Assembly (NCBI RefSeq): GCF_009914755.1
Contig: NC_060927.1
From: the human T2T-CHM13v2.0 reference genome, Homo sapiens
DNA length: 64,000 nt
Direction: 5' to 3' (one strand)
Shown here in pieces: positions 47,285-63,912 of this stretch (its first letter is position 1; every line of letters starts with the position of its first letter). The position numbers and the translations under genes are program-made. The notes under the pieces were generated by a model. It was not told the DNA's origin, ran no database searches, and saw only the letters and a program-made list of their open reading frames with translations.

Positions 47285-48910
47285 TTCTGTAAGTACCCAA
47301 TTTATTAATAAAACAATATAGCTTAAATATTTATGATTTTTTCAGTCATACAATTTTACCATCATTCCCAAAATGTTGTGCATTTGGTGACATGTATTTG
47401 CAAGATTAGGATCTATAATTGTAACTGTGGAAATCATAGAAGGCATTTTATTTGCTTGTTAATACTGCTCCCCTCTTCAAACAAACAACAAATTTTGCCT
47501 TGTGATTTACTTCTTCATCTCTCTGACCAAAAATAAACTCCACTTTGTGCCTTTTATGCTTGCAAAAACACTTGCCTGTTTCCCTGCAAGAAGATTATAC
47601 AAGTTAAACATTCGTCCTTTTGGTTCCAGACTGGCCAGCTTATATTGAAACAAAACACCTCGACCCCAGACAATAATTCCAGGCATTTCTGCTTATAGAA
47701 TTTGTTCTCAGAAGTGATAGAAAGGAGGCAAGAAATTCCCACACTAAGCTCAAAGGTCAATTTAGTGGACCAGATATCGGGAGCTGTACTGCATAGCCAT
47801 TTGCCATGTGTAAGTTTCTATTGTTGTGGTTCCAGTGAAGACGCTTTGAGATCACTTCTAGGGATTGACACCATCCATGCAGTGGTGTGTGATGCCACTT
47901 TTAAGAGGGCAGGGACTGGCCAGGAGGAGCACTTTCTAGTCTTATCTAAGGAAGAGGTGTGAGTATAAAGCAGCGAGACTGATTTGAGGTGTGCAGCTTC
48001 TGGAGTCAGTCTCATTACTTTCTACTGTCACCTCTGGAGACAGGCAGGACTTTTGTGCTACTGTCAGGAAGAGGTGCCATTCTCAAGCAGACTAGAAGCC
48101 ACGCTGTTTTTGATGGTCTCCATCATGACACCCTAAAGTCTAGATCCTCACTCCTCTTGGTATAGTCCAGGGACTGCATTAGCATCACCTGGGACCTAGT
48201 TAAAGATGCAGAATCTTGGGTCCCACACAGACCTATGTATCACAATCTGAATTTTAATAAGACTCTCAGGTGATTTGTGTACACAGTATAAAGTATGAGA
48301 GGTGCTGGGCTAGATGACCCAGACTTACCTCAAAAAGACTCACCTCAGAAAGAAGAAGTAAATAAACCTCTTCTTTAGTAGAGAGACCATTCTCAGCAGG
48401 GAGGAATTAGAGATAACAACTGCAAAAACCATGTGGGTTTTTCTTTTTTTATTTTAAACATGCAAAATACAGTCCATGCATCTGCCATTTTAAAAAGTCT
48501 CTCATCCTATAGCAGATAAAACCAAGTATATTTCGTCTATCAACATTCAGTAAATGTTTCAAAATGCTTTAGAGTGTAAAGATAAGAAATTTAGCAAAAT
48601 TTCAACAAACCTGTATAAAAAATGGATACAGATACCATTTTATTTCAAGGCGACATGCTGTAATGTAAATAGTAAGTTATTGTTATCTGTGTTTCTTTGT
48701 AAAAAGTTAACAATACAAGGGCTTAACAGATCCAGGCCTCAGGGCTACACATGCAAAAAAAATTGTCAGATAGTTAAAAATCACCAAAACGTGCTATTTT
48801 TAAATGTGTATATGTTGTTGGTTTTTTAAAGTACAGGAGTAGTAGAAGTATTAAATATGAAATATTAGCAGGAATAGTATTTCAGAACTCTGTAAAACTG
48901 TGTGGGGAGT
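47285..48910 (-). other. CPNE4: CPNE4 3' UTR with candidate polyadenylation signals
   Basis: Follows the TGA at 48913-48911; minus-strand AATAAA at 48448-48453 (proximal) and 47301-47306 (distal); MER5A-like insert at ~48160-48310; distal end inferred. Confidence 0.65.
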
Positions 48911-49084
<174 letters not shown>

Positions 49085-50740
49085 TCAAGGAATCAGACTC
49101 ATCCTAAAAGATTTGAGTCCTGCTCTGGGCAGCTAAGTTTCATTCACTTTCATTCATTCGTTATTTGTCAAGGGTCTACTTCAAGCAATAGTTGTCAGAT
49201 TGTTGGAAAATGGACCTTTAATTTCATTATTATATATTTTTATGCCTGTCTCAAACTATAAAACTATTTACATCTGAAGACGAGTAAAAGTTGGATGGGA
49301 GAATGAATTGTTCTGCAGTTTTATTTCTAATTTTCACTCAATTTTAGACACTTATTTATGTTCCAGGTGCCACACTAGGGTTTGAGGGTCTATGGTTCTT
49401 GCCTCAGGAAGGCTGTAATCACGAGGGGAACTAGGCATGGCCAATATTAACTATGAGGTAGAATATGACACATGCTATAGAGCAGCAGTGTCACATTACA
49501 TGGGAGCTTATTAGCAATGTAGACTCAGACCCAACTCAGAGCTACTGAATCACAATCTGCCTTTTAACTTGACGCTCTAGTGATTCATATGCATATTAAA
49601 ATTTGAGAAGCTCTTCTCTAGAGAATCACAAACAGTGAGGCCAGGGCATAAAAAACATAGAGACTAACTTATCTTGGAGGCTTCTAAGAGGAGGTGGCTT
49701 TTAAGCTGAGCATATTTTAATACATAGAGAAGGGGTAGGGGAATGGCATTTGACCATCATAGGCATAGTGAGTTACCTGATGGAGCTGAAGGAAGTGTGT
49801 ATGGCAGGTGGGGGACGAGGGGGTTTAGGGGTAGTTGCAGGATTGGTTGGGCATTTGGTTGGAAAATTGGCTTGAGACCAGGTGATGGAGAGTCTTGAAT
49901 ACCACACTAATTCATTTAGCCTTTATTCTATCAGCCTTATGGATCTACTGCATGATTTTGGGGTAGGGGCACAGGAGGACCATGTGATTTATGGTGATGA
50001 TTCTGTAGCAGAGAAAGGTTGAAGCTGATATCATACATGGACTCTGGAGTCATGTAGAGCTGGGCTTTACTCCTGGCTCTGGCATTTAGTATTAACTGTA
50101 CAACCCCTGGGCAAGCAATTTCAATGGCCTGAGCCTCATTATTAACTATTATTGAAGAGATTGAAAACTTGAGGCAGACTTAACAAGTGTTTGAGATTCC
50201 AAAAGAAAGAGGGCTGGACTGAATACCATGTGACCTGGTTTTCAGTTTTTTCTTTTCTATGTGGCTTGCCACTTGGCCATTTAACTTTACTAAGCCCCGC
50301 TGTTCTTAGAGGCAAAAGAGAAAAGAAAAATAATTCACTCTATCTCACAGAGTCTCAAAATAAGAGACATGTATCTTTTAAGCAATCTGAAAACACTGTA
50401 AAGAGTTTTTCTCAAGTGATCTTTCACATTTTGAAGATGTCATAGCATGATGGACATTTGTGATCTACAGATATCCCTTTATTTTATAAATAACTGCTCA
50501 GGGTTGTGTGTTAGACCATGGTCCATGTGTATACTGGGGCAGATACAAAAGTCATTTATACCCTTTCCTCCCTGGCTGTTTCTCATACAAAGGTTAGAAA
50601 GTCAAATCCTTGATTTTCCAGCTTCCTTTACATCTAGGGATAACAATATGACCCAATTCCATCCTTTGAGATATAAGTGAAAATTTCCTGGGGGAGGTTT
50701 TTTGGAAAGCTTTTCTCTCCTGGTTAAAAGTTAAAAGACT

Positions 50741-51394
<654 letters not shown>

Positions 51395-51605
51395 GGACAC
51401 AGTTGGCCCTATGTCCCTTTCCTCTTCCTTTCTATCTTGAAATAGAATGTGATTACTGGAGCTATAGCAACCATTTTATCATTATGTAGGAAGAGCAAAG
51501 GGAATCACAATGTGCTGGCTCTGACACTATTGAATCACTGACTCCAGCAGCAATGAGCCCCTAACTTCTAGCTACATGAGAAAAATACGTTCTATTTGTA
51601 TAATC

Positions 51606-52078
51606 CAGGGTTTCTCAATCTTGACACTATTGACATTTGGGGCTGAATAATTCTTTGTGTGGGGGACTGTCCGGTGCACTGCAGGAAGTTTAGCAGCATC
51701 CTTGGCCTCTACCCACTAGATATGAATAGAAGCCCCATATTTGTTACCATCAAAAATGTCAGATATTCCAAAATGTTTCCTGGGGCATAATGTTACCCTT
51801 GGTTAAAAACCATTTATGTAATCCCTGTAAGATGGATTTACTGTTGCTTGCAGCAAAAAATATTCCTAAACCAGGCTGTCAAATAGATCTTCCTCTGATG
51901 ATGGTAATATTCTATATCTGTGCTGTCCAGTATGGGAGGTCTTAGTCTCACGCAACTATTGAGTCCTTGAAATAAGGCAAGTCTGACTGAGGAACTGAGT
52001 TTGAAATTTTATTTTCTCTTAATGAATTTAAACGTAAGTAGCTACATGTGGTTAGTGGCTACCATATTGGACAGCATT
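51606..52078. mobile_element. MER20-like (~51606-51812) and MER3-like (~51875-52078) DNA elements
   Basis: gtttctcaatcttgacactattgacatttgggg; gctacatgtggttagtggctaccatattggacagca. Confidence 0.7.
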
Positions 52079-52363
52079 GTTCCCAAAGGATCCCCCATCC
52101 CCTTGCATATCTGTGCTGGCAAGCAAATAAGGCTTTGGGGACATGTATTGGGTGGGAAAGGGTCAAGAATATGAATGAAGCTGGTAATAACAGTAATAAA
52201 AGCTTTATTTATTAACCACCTACATGGACCAGGCACTATCTTAAGCTTTATATAGACAACACCTTATCTTTGCAATGCATGTATCATTTACCTCATTTTA
52301 TAGATGAAAGTCTGTGGCATGGAAAGGTTAAATAACTTGCCCAGAGTCACAAAGCTTAAAGCA

Positions 52364-52707
52364 TATGATAGTTTGAGTGTGTCTCCTAAATTAATGTGCT
52401 GGGAACTTAATGATCAATGCAACAGGGTTGGGAAGTGGGGCCTCATAAGATGTCAGTATCATGGGAGCAGGTTAGTTATCATGAGAGTGGGTTGTTATAA
52501 AAGAGAGTCTGCCCCTTGTGCTTTCCTTCTCCTTGTGTCTTACATGTTTGCTTGTGCCTTCCATACTTCTGCCATGAGATGACCCTTGTAGGTGCTGGTG
52601 CTATGCTCTTGGACTTCCCAGACTCCAAAACCATGAGCCAAATACACTTCTGTTCTTTATCCAGTCTATGATATTCTGTTATATGAGCAGGAAAAAAGAC
52701 CATAACA
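52364..52707 (+). mobile_element. MST-type MaLR LTR
   Basis: tgatagtttgagtgtgtctcctaa...ctcttggacttcccagactccaaaaccatgagccaaata. Confidence 0.7.
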
Positions 52708-55385
52708 TAACTTGTGCCCTGTAAGCTCTAAAGCTCTGAGTTATCATGCAGAGCAGAAAAAGAGAGGCAATTCATGAGTTAATGGCTTACATAAAATGAT
52801 TTAAGCTGCTACCTTCCCTTTTATTTATGGCTTATTGAATTCAAAGTAGATTAGTTTGGGTAATGAAATGGATTTCAAAATCTGATTTGAAATCCATGAA
52901 GATAAGATGGGTGAGTATGCGCCTGGTGTTCTTCCTTGGTCATTCACAGAGCAGCCAGAGAATCTGTGTAGCACAGAGACTGTGAGCAGCACCCTACTTC
53001 CTTGCTCTGCCCTGAGCATTCCTCTTGTTGACAATGTCCCCAAAATTCCCTGCTCTCCAAGGCTCTGTCTTTCCTCAAACACTTAACTTAAGCTGTAAGC
53101 CTTTTCCCATGGCTACCTCTCTCTGCTTTGAGGTCCTGTAACAACATTTTAATTCTTCTCAACCACCCACAGGTTGCTTAGCATGTGATTTTTCTGCTAA
53201 TACCTTTCTCCCAGTCATGCAATTCTCCAGTAAATGTCTTGAGGTGTGGATCCATGGTTCTATCATTTCATTGTGGTCCTAGTGACTAGCATGTGCCTTG
53301 CACAGAACAAGCATTCTGTAAGTGTTTTGGGGAAGAGGAGGAGACTTGAGGGTAGAGGTTAGAACCTTTCATAGTTCAGTGACATTGTGTCAGCACACAA
53401 GTGTGTGTGGGGAAGTGGGGAGGTGGGGGATGCAGAGGGGAGAGAGGGTGATTTGGGGAAGTTAATGAATCTCCTAGAGAGTGAACTCTTTGATCCTGCT
53501 GCACTATGCAAAGTTATCACTGGTATTCAGTGATGTGTCTATCTATTTTGTCTGTCTGAAAAGAATGCAGCATTAAAATCAGGAAGAACACCCTTTCCTC
53601 CATCTTAGACACCTAGGGAGAAACTAGCTTCATTAATGAACATAATTGCAGCAAATTTAGCCTGCTCTAGCTCATCCGTCTGTAAAGAATACTACTTCTT
53701 TTTGACTCTACTCCTTGCTGTCCATAGGCAGACAACTTTAGGGCTTAGTGCATCTCTTTCATTAATGAGTACCTTTATTTGAAAATCTCTTCCTAGGGAA
53801 ACTTGAGGATGGCATATAACAACACAATTACCCCTCATCCACATGCACAGCCCTGGGAGCTTGTGGGAAGATTGACTGCTGTTGCTGTTACTTAGAAACT
53901 CTCTCTGTGATCAACTCTGTAGCCAGGGATTGGTTTTCTGCTCCTTCAGTGATTTTAATTACACTGCAGCCCTCCTTAAAAGTAGAGTAGTAATTGTGTG
54001 GCAGTACAGTTATGAACAATACCTCATCATCCAAGGAGCCTTGGAATGTGCAGTTACTTCCCTATGAAGTCTGGGCAGGTCATGAAATACAGAGTTCAGC
54101 TGAGGCTGCTGAGCTGGTGATCTATCTGAATTCTTATTTTAAAGCCTGTCCAAAGAAAGTGGCACAACAAACAGCAATTTCTGAAGAGCATATGCTAAAG
54201 GCTCTCACACTAGGACTGGTACCAGGATTACAGTCAAGTATGTATGGGGGTGGGAGGATGGATGGATCATTGTTTTGATGATCCATTTAGCTTTCCACCT
54301 CTCATCTGCAATTTCCTTACACAGTATAGGTGAGAGTCCAGTGTGAACCCAAGTTGGGAGTCAGATGTGTCTGGATATATCTGATAAACTCAGTATGAAG
54401 AATGTCAGGGATTCATTTGAATGAGTTTTTGACTGGAGGAGAAAGGCTTTACCAAATAAGGTTGAAGTGGAGGGGATGGCATCCTGCCTGACCCAAATAA
54501 CTGATTTGAGCCCTATGCAGGGAGGGACTGCAGTGGAAGTTAATGAAGATACTTTCCAGCAGGGGTCTTTGAGATGTGGAGACACATCTCACTGCATTAA
54601 TGACTCAGGTGACAGAGGGGACTCGGTAGCATGGAAAGGAGAGGATTCTCTTCTTTTCCAAGGAGACCACAGATAAGCTTCACGGTACTGAAGGTTCTGA
54701 AGATTCCCTGTTGCCAGGGCAGCTCAAGTTTAGTCACCAGCCCTGGGGATGGTATTGTTGGCATCTGCAGCAGTGCAGAGGGCAAGGCCTCAGTGGAAAG
54801 TAGGGGCTGGGCATATGCTCTCCTCTTGGGTGGCTTTCACAAGAAGCACAAAACAAAAAACACAAAGGCTATCCAGTAATACCCAAGTTACCCCCACAGG
54901 TGCCTAGACACAGCTAGGATACTCTAGAGGGGTCTTCAGGACTACCATTAGCCCCAAGGGAGGCTTTTATGAATTCAAGATGTCCTTCTGGGTGATTACA
55001 GCTCAGTAGGTGCAGGGATTTGTGGAAATTTAAAAAATGCTCCTTCCTCCATGGACACAATGTATCAAAACCTGGGAAGGTGGGAAAATTGTTACTGAGC
55101 ATTTTTTCTATGTCATACTAGAGCATTGTCTAATGGTTCTGCCTCAAGGCCCTTGGGGAATGCAATGCTGCTTGACTGACTTACTATTTCTTACTGGTAA
55201 GAGCCCAAGACTGTAAAGTTAGGTATTAATTTATAGAAAACTGATAGCAGGCGATTTCTGGCCCACAGAGAGGGCAATTCAAAGATTACTTTTTTTTTTT
55301 TTTTTTACCCTCTTGGTCATTAATCAGTTTTCAATCTACCTTAGCAAACTTATTCAGCATTTTTTCCCACTGACTTTAACTGTCT

Positions 55386-55699
<314 letters not shown>

Positions 55700-56185
55700 T
55701 GAACTAACTTTATCATCTTGTTTTGAAGGAGTTAAATAAATTTTTGATGCTGCTTACTATATTTTTTATAGAGGATTTAGGTTTCTATCATTTTGGAAAT
55801 ATACTTTGCCAAGGCAAACACAGACTTCTGCCAGGCCACATAGCTTGACAAGCAAAACATAAGCTGCATTTCAGTTTCTGCTTGGTACTTTGGGCAGGCA
55901 CCTTTAGGCAGGGAACAAGCTGCCCATCTGTAGGCAGTCCTAGATGCACTAGAGATCCTAAATTATATGAATTATAGGGCAAGCATCAGTGAAATTTTGC
56001 CTACAATAGTTAGCATGGCTCCTGATCTGTAACTCAATTTATAATTTTTTTCTCCAAAGAGTCATGCTCTATATATCCTTGTTGTGGGAGATGACGTGGC
56101 CCAGGAAGGGATAGCTAAGCCAGGTCATCTCCCACAGCAAGGGTATGTAGAGCATAGCTGGTGTTGCTTCAAGAATGGTGGATCA

Positions 56186-56515
<330 letters not shown>

Positions 56516-56954
56516 TCAGATGCCCCATGATGATGGGGGGGGTGAAGAGGTGAGGGAGACAAGGACAATACAATACCAGTTAGACACCCAGGTGGCCTCA
56601 CTGCACATTGACCAAAGCAACAGTGATGACAGACATTTTTTGAATGTGCTGATAGTCCTAAAGGCTTAGGGTTCTGATGAATGGAGCTTAAAGGTAGGCA
56701 TGGCAATTATAGCTTAATTATAATAACTACCTCACTGACAGTTACAAAGAAAGAGCAGCAGGCCAAGAGTTAGGAGGACAGGCTTCAAAGCCTCATTCTG
56801 TGAGACCCTGGGACGATCCCTTAACTCGTCTGTGTCTGAGCTTCTTCATTTCTCAAATGAGGGGTGGGACCCAATAATTTATATGATCTTCTTTACTTGA
56901 AGATATTTAAAAATCTAAAGCTATGACATCCAATACAATGATGACTAACCCCAT

Positions 56955-57470
56955 GAGACTACTCAGCCCTTGAAATGTGGCTAGAGCAAGTGACGAACTG
57001 AATTTTATATTTTATTTAATTGTAATGAATTTAAATTTAACATTAAAATTGGATAGCCAATTCAGTTATTAGAAACATTTTAAGTATGTTTGGAACAACT
57101 TCAGTAGATTAATCTACTTTTTCTTTCTTTGTAACTGTCAGTGAGGTAGTTATTAAAATTAAGCTGTAACTATAAAATCTAAACAAAGATCAAGTATTTA
57201 TGATAACTTAGCATCCAAATTGACATGCTGTAAGTATAAAATACATGTGGATTTTGAAGACTTATTATACAAAATAGAATGCAAATTATTTCATTAATAA
57301 TTTTTTTATATGGAGTACATGCTAAAATGACAATATGTTGGCTATGTTGGTTTAAATAAAATATATAATTAAAATGGATTTCTCTGTTTCTTTTTACTTT
57401 TTAAAATACAGTTACTGAAGAATTTAAAACTGTATACATAACTTGTGTTATATTTCCACTGGATGGCACT
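56955..57470. mobile_element. MER33/Charlie-type DNA transposon remnant
   Basis: ttgaaatgtggctagagcaagtgacgaactgaatttt...tatatttccactggatggcact. Confidence 0.65.
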
Positions 57471-59496
57471 AGTCTAAAGTCCTGCTATAAGAGGGTCAGG
57501 GTTGCAGTCTCTCCCTCTGAAGGCCATGTGCCACAAAGGTGGCAGCTCTTCTCCAGGCACACTTGCAGAAGGTTGCAGTGCTCCCATGGCTTCCTGCTTT
57601 AAGTCCTGACTTCTGGCCTGCAGCCTGCCTGGCCCCTTTCCATCTGGAAAGCTGGAAGATGACTCAGCAGAGATGGGAATTGGAGGAAAGGTGCTGTACT
57701 CAGCAGCACAGGGAAGCCTTGGAAAGTGCTCTGGGGCCTGGAGAAGGATGACCCATTGGAGGTCATCATTATTTTTAGTCAACATGAGAGGCATCATGAT
57801 GGCCTTTACTGGTAAGAGGAAAGAGAAGCAGATTAGTCAGATGCAGCTCAGGCTAAACAGAAAAGAACTTTCAATATAATCCTGCAAGATGCCTAACATT
57901 TATAGGTAGTAAGAGTGAGATTAAGCCATTCCACGTTACCATACTTCAAAGGAGAAAGATTGGATAGAAGAGTGACATTTTGAAAACATCTGATTTTGAG
58001 AATCATATACTTAATGTTGCAAATAGTTTGGTAGTACTAAAGAATTTCATTTTTTTTCTGTGAGCCTGAAAAAATGTTTTAAATGAAAAATGTAAGCTGG
58101 AGGTAGGTGAACTTCACACTGTGATGAAGATAGCCACATGTTCTGAATGCTTTTCATACAGTCTAATGTAAAGGCTAATTCTGTTCCATGTCCATTAACT
58201 AACCACTCACCCCTAGTCCTAGCTGAATTCCCAGTTTGGTTTTCAGATTCATTCAAGTTGTATGTTTCCTTCTATGTCTGTATTTTCTGAGTTGTATATG
58301 TTCACAAGGAAGTTGGCTTGAGAGTTTAGAGAAGGCTTTCAGTAGGATGAAGTGATGGAGGTGGTAGGGAGGTGCAGAGAGAAGCGGCAGAAAGAGGCAA
58401 TGTTGGTGGTTTGGGGATGGAGGGAAGGAGTATAGGACATACCAGAATCATAAGTCACCCTCTCTAGAGTGCACCTGGAAGACCAGGGCAGGTGGCACAT
58501 CCAAAAAGAGATTACTTCTGATTCATGAGCAGGTGGGCCCTCGAGTGAATCACACTTCTGTGTCTCCTACCTTTATCCTCTACCTTCCCCTAACTCCTGT
58601 CTGATCTGATCTTAGAGTTCAGTGGATGAATCTCCCCTACCTGATAAATGCCTTAAGAAATAAAACAACCTGATAGTCATACTACCACATTGAGAAACTT
58701 TAGAGTCGTAATGTTCTACAGCAGAGGTCAGGAAACTATTTTTTGTCAAGGGACATTAATAAGTATTTTAGGCTTTGTAGACCATAATGGTCTCTGTCAC
58801 AACTACCTAACACTGCCACTGTAGTGTGAAAACAGCCATAGACAATATTTAAAATGAATATGAGAGGCTGTGTTCCAATAATATTTTATTTATGGACACT
58901 GATTTTTAATGTCACAAAATCTTCATATGTCACAAAATACAAATATTATTCTACTTTTGATTTTTTCAACAATTAAAAAATCTAAAAACCATTCTCAGCT
59001 TGCAAGCCATTGAAAAACAGTTTAGTTTAGTTATAGTTTATTGACTGCTGATCTAAACTAGGGGTTCTTAACCTGTCTCCATGGACTACTGCAAGATTTA
59101 AGGCAGTCTGTAAACTTGGGGTAAATTACATTTTTATTTTCACTAATCTCTAAGTAAAATTTATCATTTTTTCACTATAAGTGTAATCAACAAATCAAAT
59201 TAATATTAGTTCTACTTGTGGCTTAGTTATTAATAAAAAAACACATATTTTCCTGTTATATTACAGTACCTACATATATTTCAATGTATTATTTATGTTT
59301 AACACAACTTAGAAATTACAGAATTATTAGACAAACTACTGGTTCTCATAATTTAAAATGTAAATACAGAAGCATTTTATTACTGTATTTATGATGTCTC
59401 CATCTTCCTTTTAAAAAATATTTTGCTAACTGCATTTCAATATAATTGGTTTACTTTATAATATGGGTCTTATGTTGTACATTTAAAAATACTTCT

Positions 59497-59815
59497 GGCT
59501 GGGTGCAGTGGCTCACGCCTGTAATCCTAGCACTTTGGAAGGCCTAGGTGGGCGGATCATGAGGTCAGGAGATCAAGACCATCTTGGCCAACATGGTGAA
59601 ACCCTGTCTCTACTAAAAATACAAAAATTGGCTGGGCGTGGTGGCACGTGCCTGTAATCCCAGCTACTCGGGAGGCTAAGGCAGGAGAATCATTTGAACT
59701 AGGGAGTCAGAGGTTGCAGTGAGCTGCCACTGCACTCCAGCCTGGCAACAGAGCAAGACTCCATCTCAAACAAAACAAAACACAAAAAACCACACACACA
59801 AAAAAACACAAAAAA
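59497..59815 (+). mobile_element. AluSc-like element inside hAT (MER58/Charlie) remnants (~58720-59895)
   Basis: Alu with a degenerate CA/A-rich tail. Confidence 0.88.
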
Positions 59816-60887
59816 CCACTTCTGAGAAGGGATCTATGAACTTTATCAGCTGCTAAAGGGGTTTGTGGAACAATAAGTTTAAGAACTCCTGGTCTGAAGA
59901 GATTGTCAGGATTCTGGAATCTGATCCTGCCAGGTTTCATCTAGCTAAAGGCACTAGGCTGTAGACTGCAGGATCGAAACCTGATAGAAATTTCCAATAA
60001 AGCAAACAATAACAGTTCCTTCTAAAGTCAGACTGGGAAAATGCTCATGGATGAAATATTATAGTCTTTGAATATACTTGAGGTCCTGTTTAGATAAAGA
60101 GGGGCATTTTTTACCTGGAAGAGTTCCACAAAATCAAGGGGAAAATCCTATAGCAACAGACTCCCTGGCACAGCTTGCCAAAGATGTTCAAGTTTATGAC
60201 CCTTAGAGATAACAAGGGACTCTGGACCACAGACTTTTCAAAGAACAGGAGAAACCTCTGGGGAAAAGCTTATGTTCTTGGTCTATAGGGGTAATTTATA
60301 TGGAGATGTGTGGGTTGGATGCTTCTTACTTGTAGTCCCATTTAATGACCTGTCCTTTCATTGCAGACCCAGCTATCCCTGAGGGAGTGAGTGATGGCCA
60401 AAAACTCATGCTGTTCTATATCAGCCTGAAATCCAGACCTTTGTTAGTTCTGTTCTCTTTTTAGCCATGTGAGTCCTGGTACCCCAGAGGGGATGAGATC
60501 ATCCAATTTTTAAACTGGGCCCCAGGGAGCCCTTAGGGATGCCTTGGATGCTCTTGAGGATAAGGGAGCTAAAGAGAATGGACAAGTTTCTGACTCTACT
60601 CCTTAGACCAAATTTGGCAAGAATAGTGTATTTTTTAAGTCTATTTTATATGTTGAGTTTCTAAGCAAGTTATCATTTGAAGAATTGGTTCTGGTGCTGA
60701 AAAAAGGTTAAAAAATAAAATAAAATAATGGTCACATCCAAACCTTATTCCTAAATCTTGCATCTATGAAGGTTCAAATTTGCTCCAAGACCTCTGTGGT
60801 CAGAAAGAGATGCATTTGGGGAAGCCTTTGCAGGGCCCACGCACTGGTGGAAATGTTGGTCTATAATCCTGAGAAGTGTTGGTGGTT

Positions 60888-61169
60888 AGCCAGATGCATT
60901 GGCTCATGCCTATAACCCCAGAACGTTGGGAGGCTAAAGAAGGAGGATTGTTTGAGCCCAGGAGTTTGAGACCAGCCTGGGCAACATAGCAAGACCCCAC
61001 CTCTACAAAAAATATAAAAATTAGCTGGGCGTGGTGGCACATGCCTTTGGTCCCAGCTATTTGGGAGGCTGGGGCCAGAGGAATGCTTCAGCCCAAAAGG
61101 TTCAAAGCTGTAGTGAGCCATGATTGTGCCACTACACTTCAGCTTGGGTGATAGACCAAGACCCTGTCT

Positions 61170-61209
<40 letters not shown>
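60888..61209 (+). mobile_element. AluJ element with a long pure A-tail
   Basis: J-type body; ~39-nt A run at 61171-61209. Confidence 0.88.
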
Positions 61210-61212
<3 letters not shown>

Positions 61213-61989
61213 AATAGTGTTCATGGCTTCTGAAAAGAAGAGGAAAAATGAGCAGAGAGGAGTCATGATTTTCTTAGCTTTCACACCTGGAAAAGACTTG
61301 GCTTGGATTAAATCCTCAGCATTACTGCTGGACAAGATCTCAGCTTACAGAGTGTCTCTGCCCAGCATAAAGGCTAATATATCCACAGTTTTATATATTC
61401 ACTATTCTAAAGTAATTATTTGAAGTAACACACACTTAGCTCCCCAGGGTCTCCAGTCCTTTTCACAGTCAAACCACCGGTTAGTGATTTCAAGAACATG
61501 ATGTAATGAACAGAGGAGATGAGAGAACATGCCCCACAGATCAGACCCATTTGTTTCTTATGGATAGCTATGGGTCACCTGATGGATGTTGTGTAGCAGA
61601 TTGAAACTGTGGTCAACTATGTTAATAAAAGGACATGGAAAAATTATGAGTCTAAAACAAAATTTTGCTTCAAACTTCCTATTCCCTTGTAGGAATTGCT
61701 CATGTCACTCAATGACCCAAGCCCGGAGTAGCTGAAGATGATAATGAGATGTATGGAAGGGCCAGTGGACTGAACCAAAGACATGCAGTGACTGTTGTTC
61801 TCTCTAGGGACCTTGGGAATTTGGATCTTTTTAAGTAGGAGAGACTTCAAATTATAATGAAAACAGGAACACTGTATTTTCTGGCGTACAAGATGTGCAA
61901 TATTTAAGATACACACCAGTTTTACAAAAGAAAATGTAAAGTACTTTTCATTATATATATATATGAAAAGTAGAGTGGCTTTATATGCG

Positions 61990-62650
61990 TTCTTTAAGTA
62001 GTATTTATTAAGCATGTACTGTGTGCAGGCATTGTTTTGTGTACTAGGGATATACTAGTGAACAAGTCTTATTGTAGAGCTTCCATATGAAAGTAGAGAG
62101 ACATAAAATATACAGGTTAGTAGATGCACCTAAAATATTTCAGATGATGATGGGTACTAAGAAGAAAAGTAAAGCTGAGACATGGTGCGGGTGGGTGGGT
62201 TGGCTATTTTAGATAAGGTAGCCAGGGGGAACTTTCAGAGGGGTTGAGAGTTGAGAAGAGATGTTAACACAGTCAGAGAATGGATCATATGGAGGTTTGG
62301 GTGAGAGAAACCCTGGCAGGGGAACAGTAAGTGAAAAGGCCTCAAGGTGGGAATATATTTGGTGTGTTTGTGGAACAGCAAGAAGGTCAGTGTGGCTGAA
62401 ATATAGGGAGCGAAAGAGAAAATGATAAGAATTAAGATCAGAGAGGTAGGCAGAGATTAGATCCTATAATGTCTTCTAAGCCATATCAGGGAATTTAGAT
62501 TTTACTCCAAGTATGATGAGAAGTATTAGAGAATTTAGAACAAAGGAATGCTGCAATACTAATTATATTTTTAAAAGATCAATCTGGTTTCTGCATGGAG
62601 TGCAGATTATAAGTGGGAAAAAGTTAAGGACAGTAGCTAAAGGGCAAAGC
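61990..62650 (-). mobile_element. L2 3' fragment
   Basis: gtatttattaagcatgtactgtgtgcaggcattgttttgtgtactagggatatactagtgaacaag. Confidence 0.7.
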
Positions 62651-63630
62651 AGAGTCAAGGGGGAGATATTAACTTAAAGCAGGAGATATTATTGAATGAG
62701 TACTTGTTAATGGGAATGAGTCTTCAGTACAAAGGGAAGTAGAAAAGAAAACAATAGATGATAGGAGAAAGAGCGAGAATATAACTGCAGAGTCAAAGTT
62801 CCTGGATAATTCAGAGATGTGCTCAAGTACACAAAAGAAGATGTTGACATGAGGTAGGAGCATGGTCCTCCATCCATTCTAACATGAAGGAAGGCTGAGA
62901 ACATGAAGACAGTGCAAGAAGGTTAGATGAATTGATGTAAGAAGATAAGGGAGTAGTATTTTTTTAAATAAAAACTCAGTACCCAGGATAAAATTACAGA
63001 GCAAACTTCAGACATTGGTAATATTCCACTAAATCTGGAAAAAATCATAAAGCTAAAAAGACATGTATTAATGTTATTAAAATAAATACAGAAGTTATTG
63101 TGGTAATATATTTACTTCTAAAATATTAGGGGCAAAACTCAAACTCTGGTCTTGGTTTGCATTTTTCTTAAGAAAAGCAATAGAATATGAAACCAATTTT
63201 TGCTGTGATGTTTTGTGCTGCTGCGCTTTACCACCAGGAGGCAGAATCATCCATTGTTTTACTTCCATGGTGCTTTGCTTCCATCTGTAGTATGGGTACC
63301 TTAAAAAGCAAGCTTATTTTTAAACCTTTCTTTTTTCTTTTCAAGGACAGGAGGTGGATATGACATACTTTAGTGAATATAGTAGCTTCCATTGTTGAGT
63401 TTCTCCTGTGTTCAGACAATGTGGTAGACATTTGACATGTGTCATCTCTTAGCCTCACAACCCAGCAAAGATGGGTTTGATTATCCCCATGTTTCAGATG
63501 TCAAGACTGAGGATAGGAGGAGGTTAAGTCATTTGTCCAAATTCACACAGGGAGAAGTGTTGGAATTTATTGTTAGAGTGAGATGGGTCTTACGGCCAAT
63601 ATCCAGGTGAGGAAGAGTAAGCTCCCCTTA

Positions 63631-63912
<282 letters not shown>

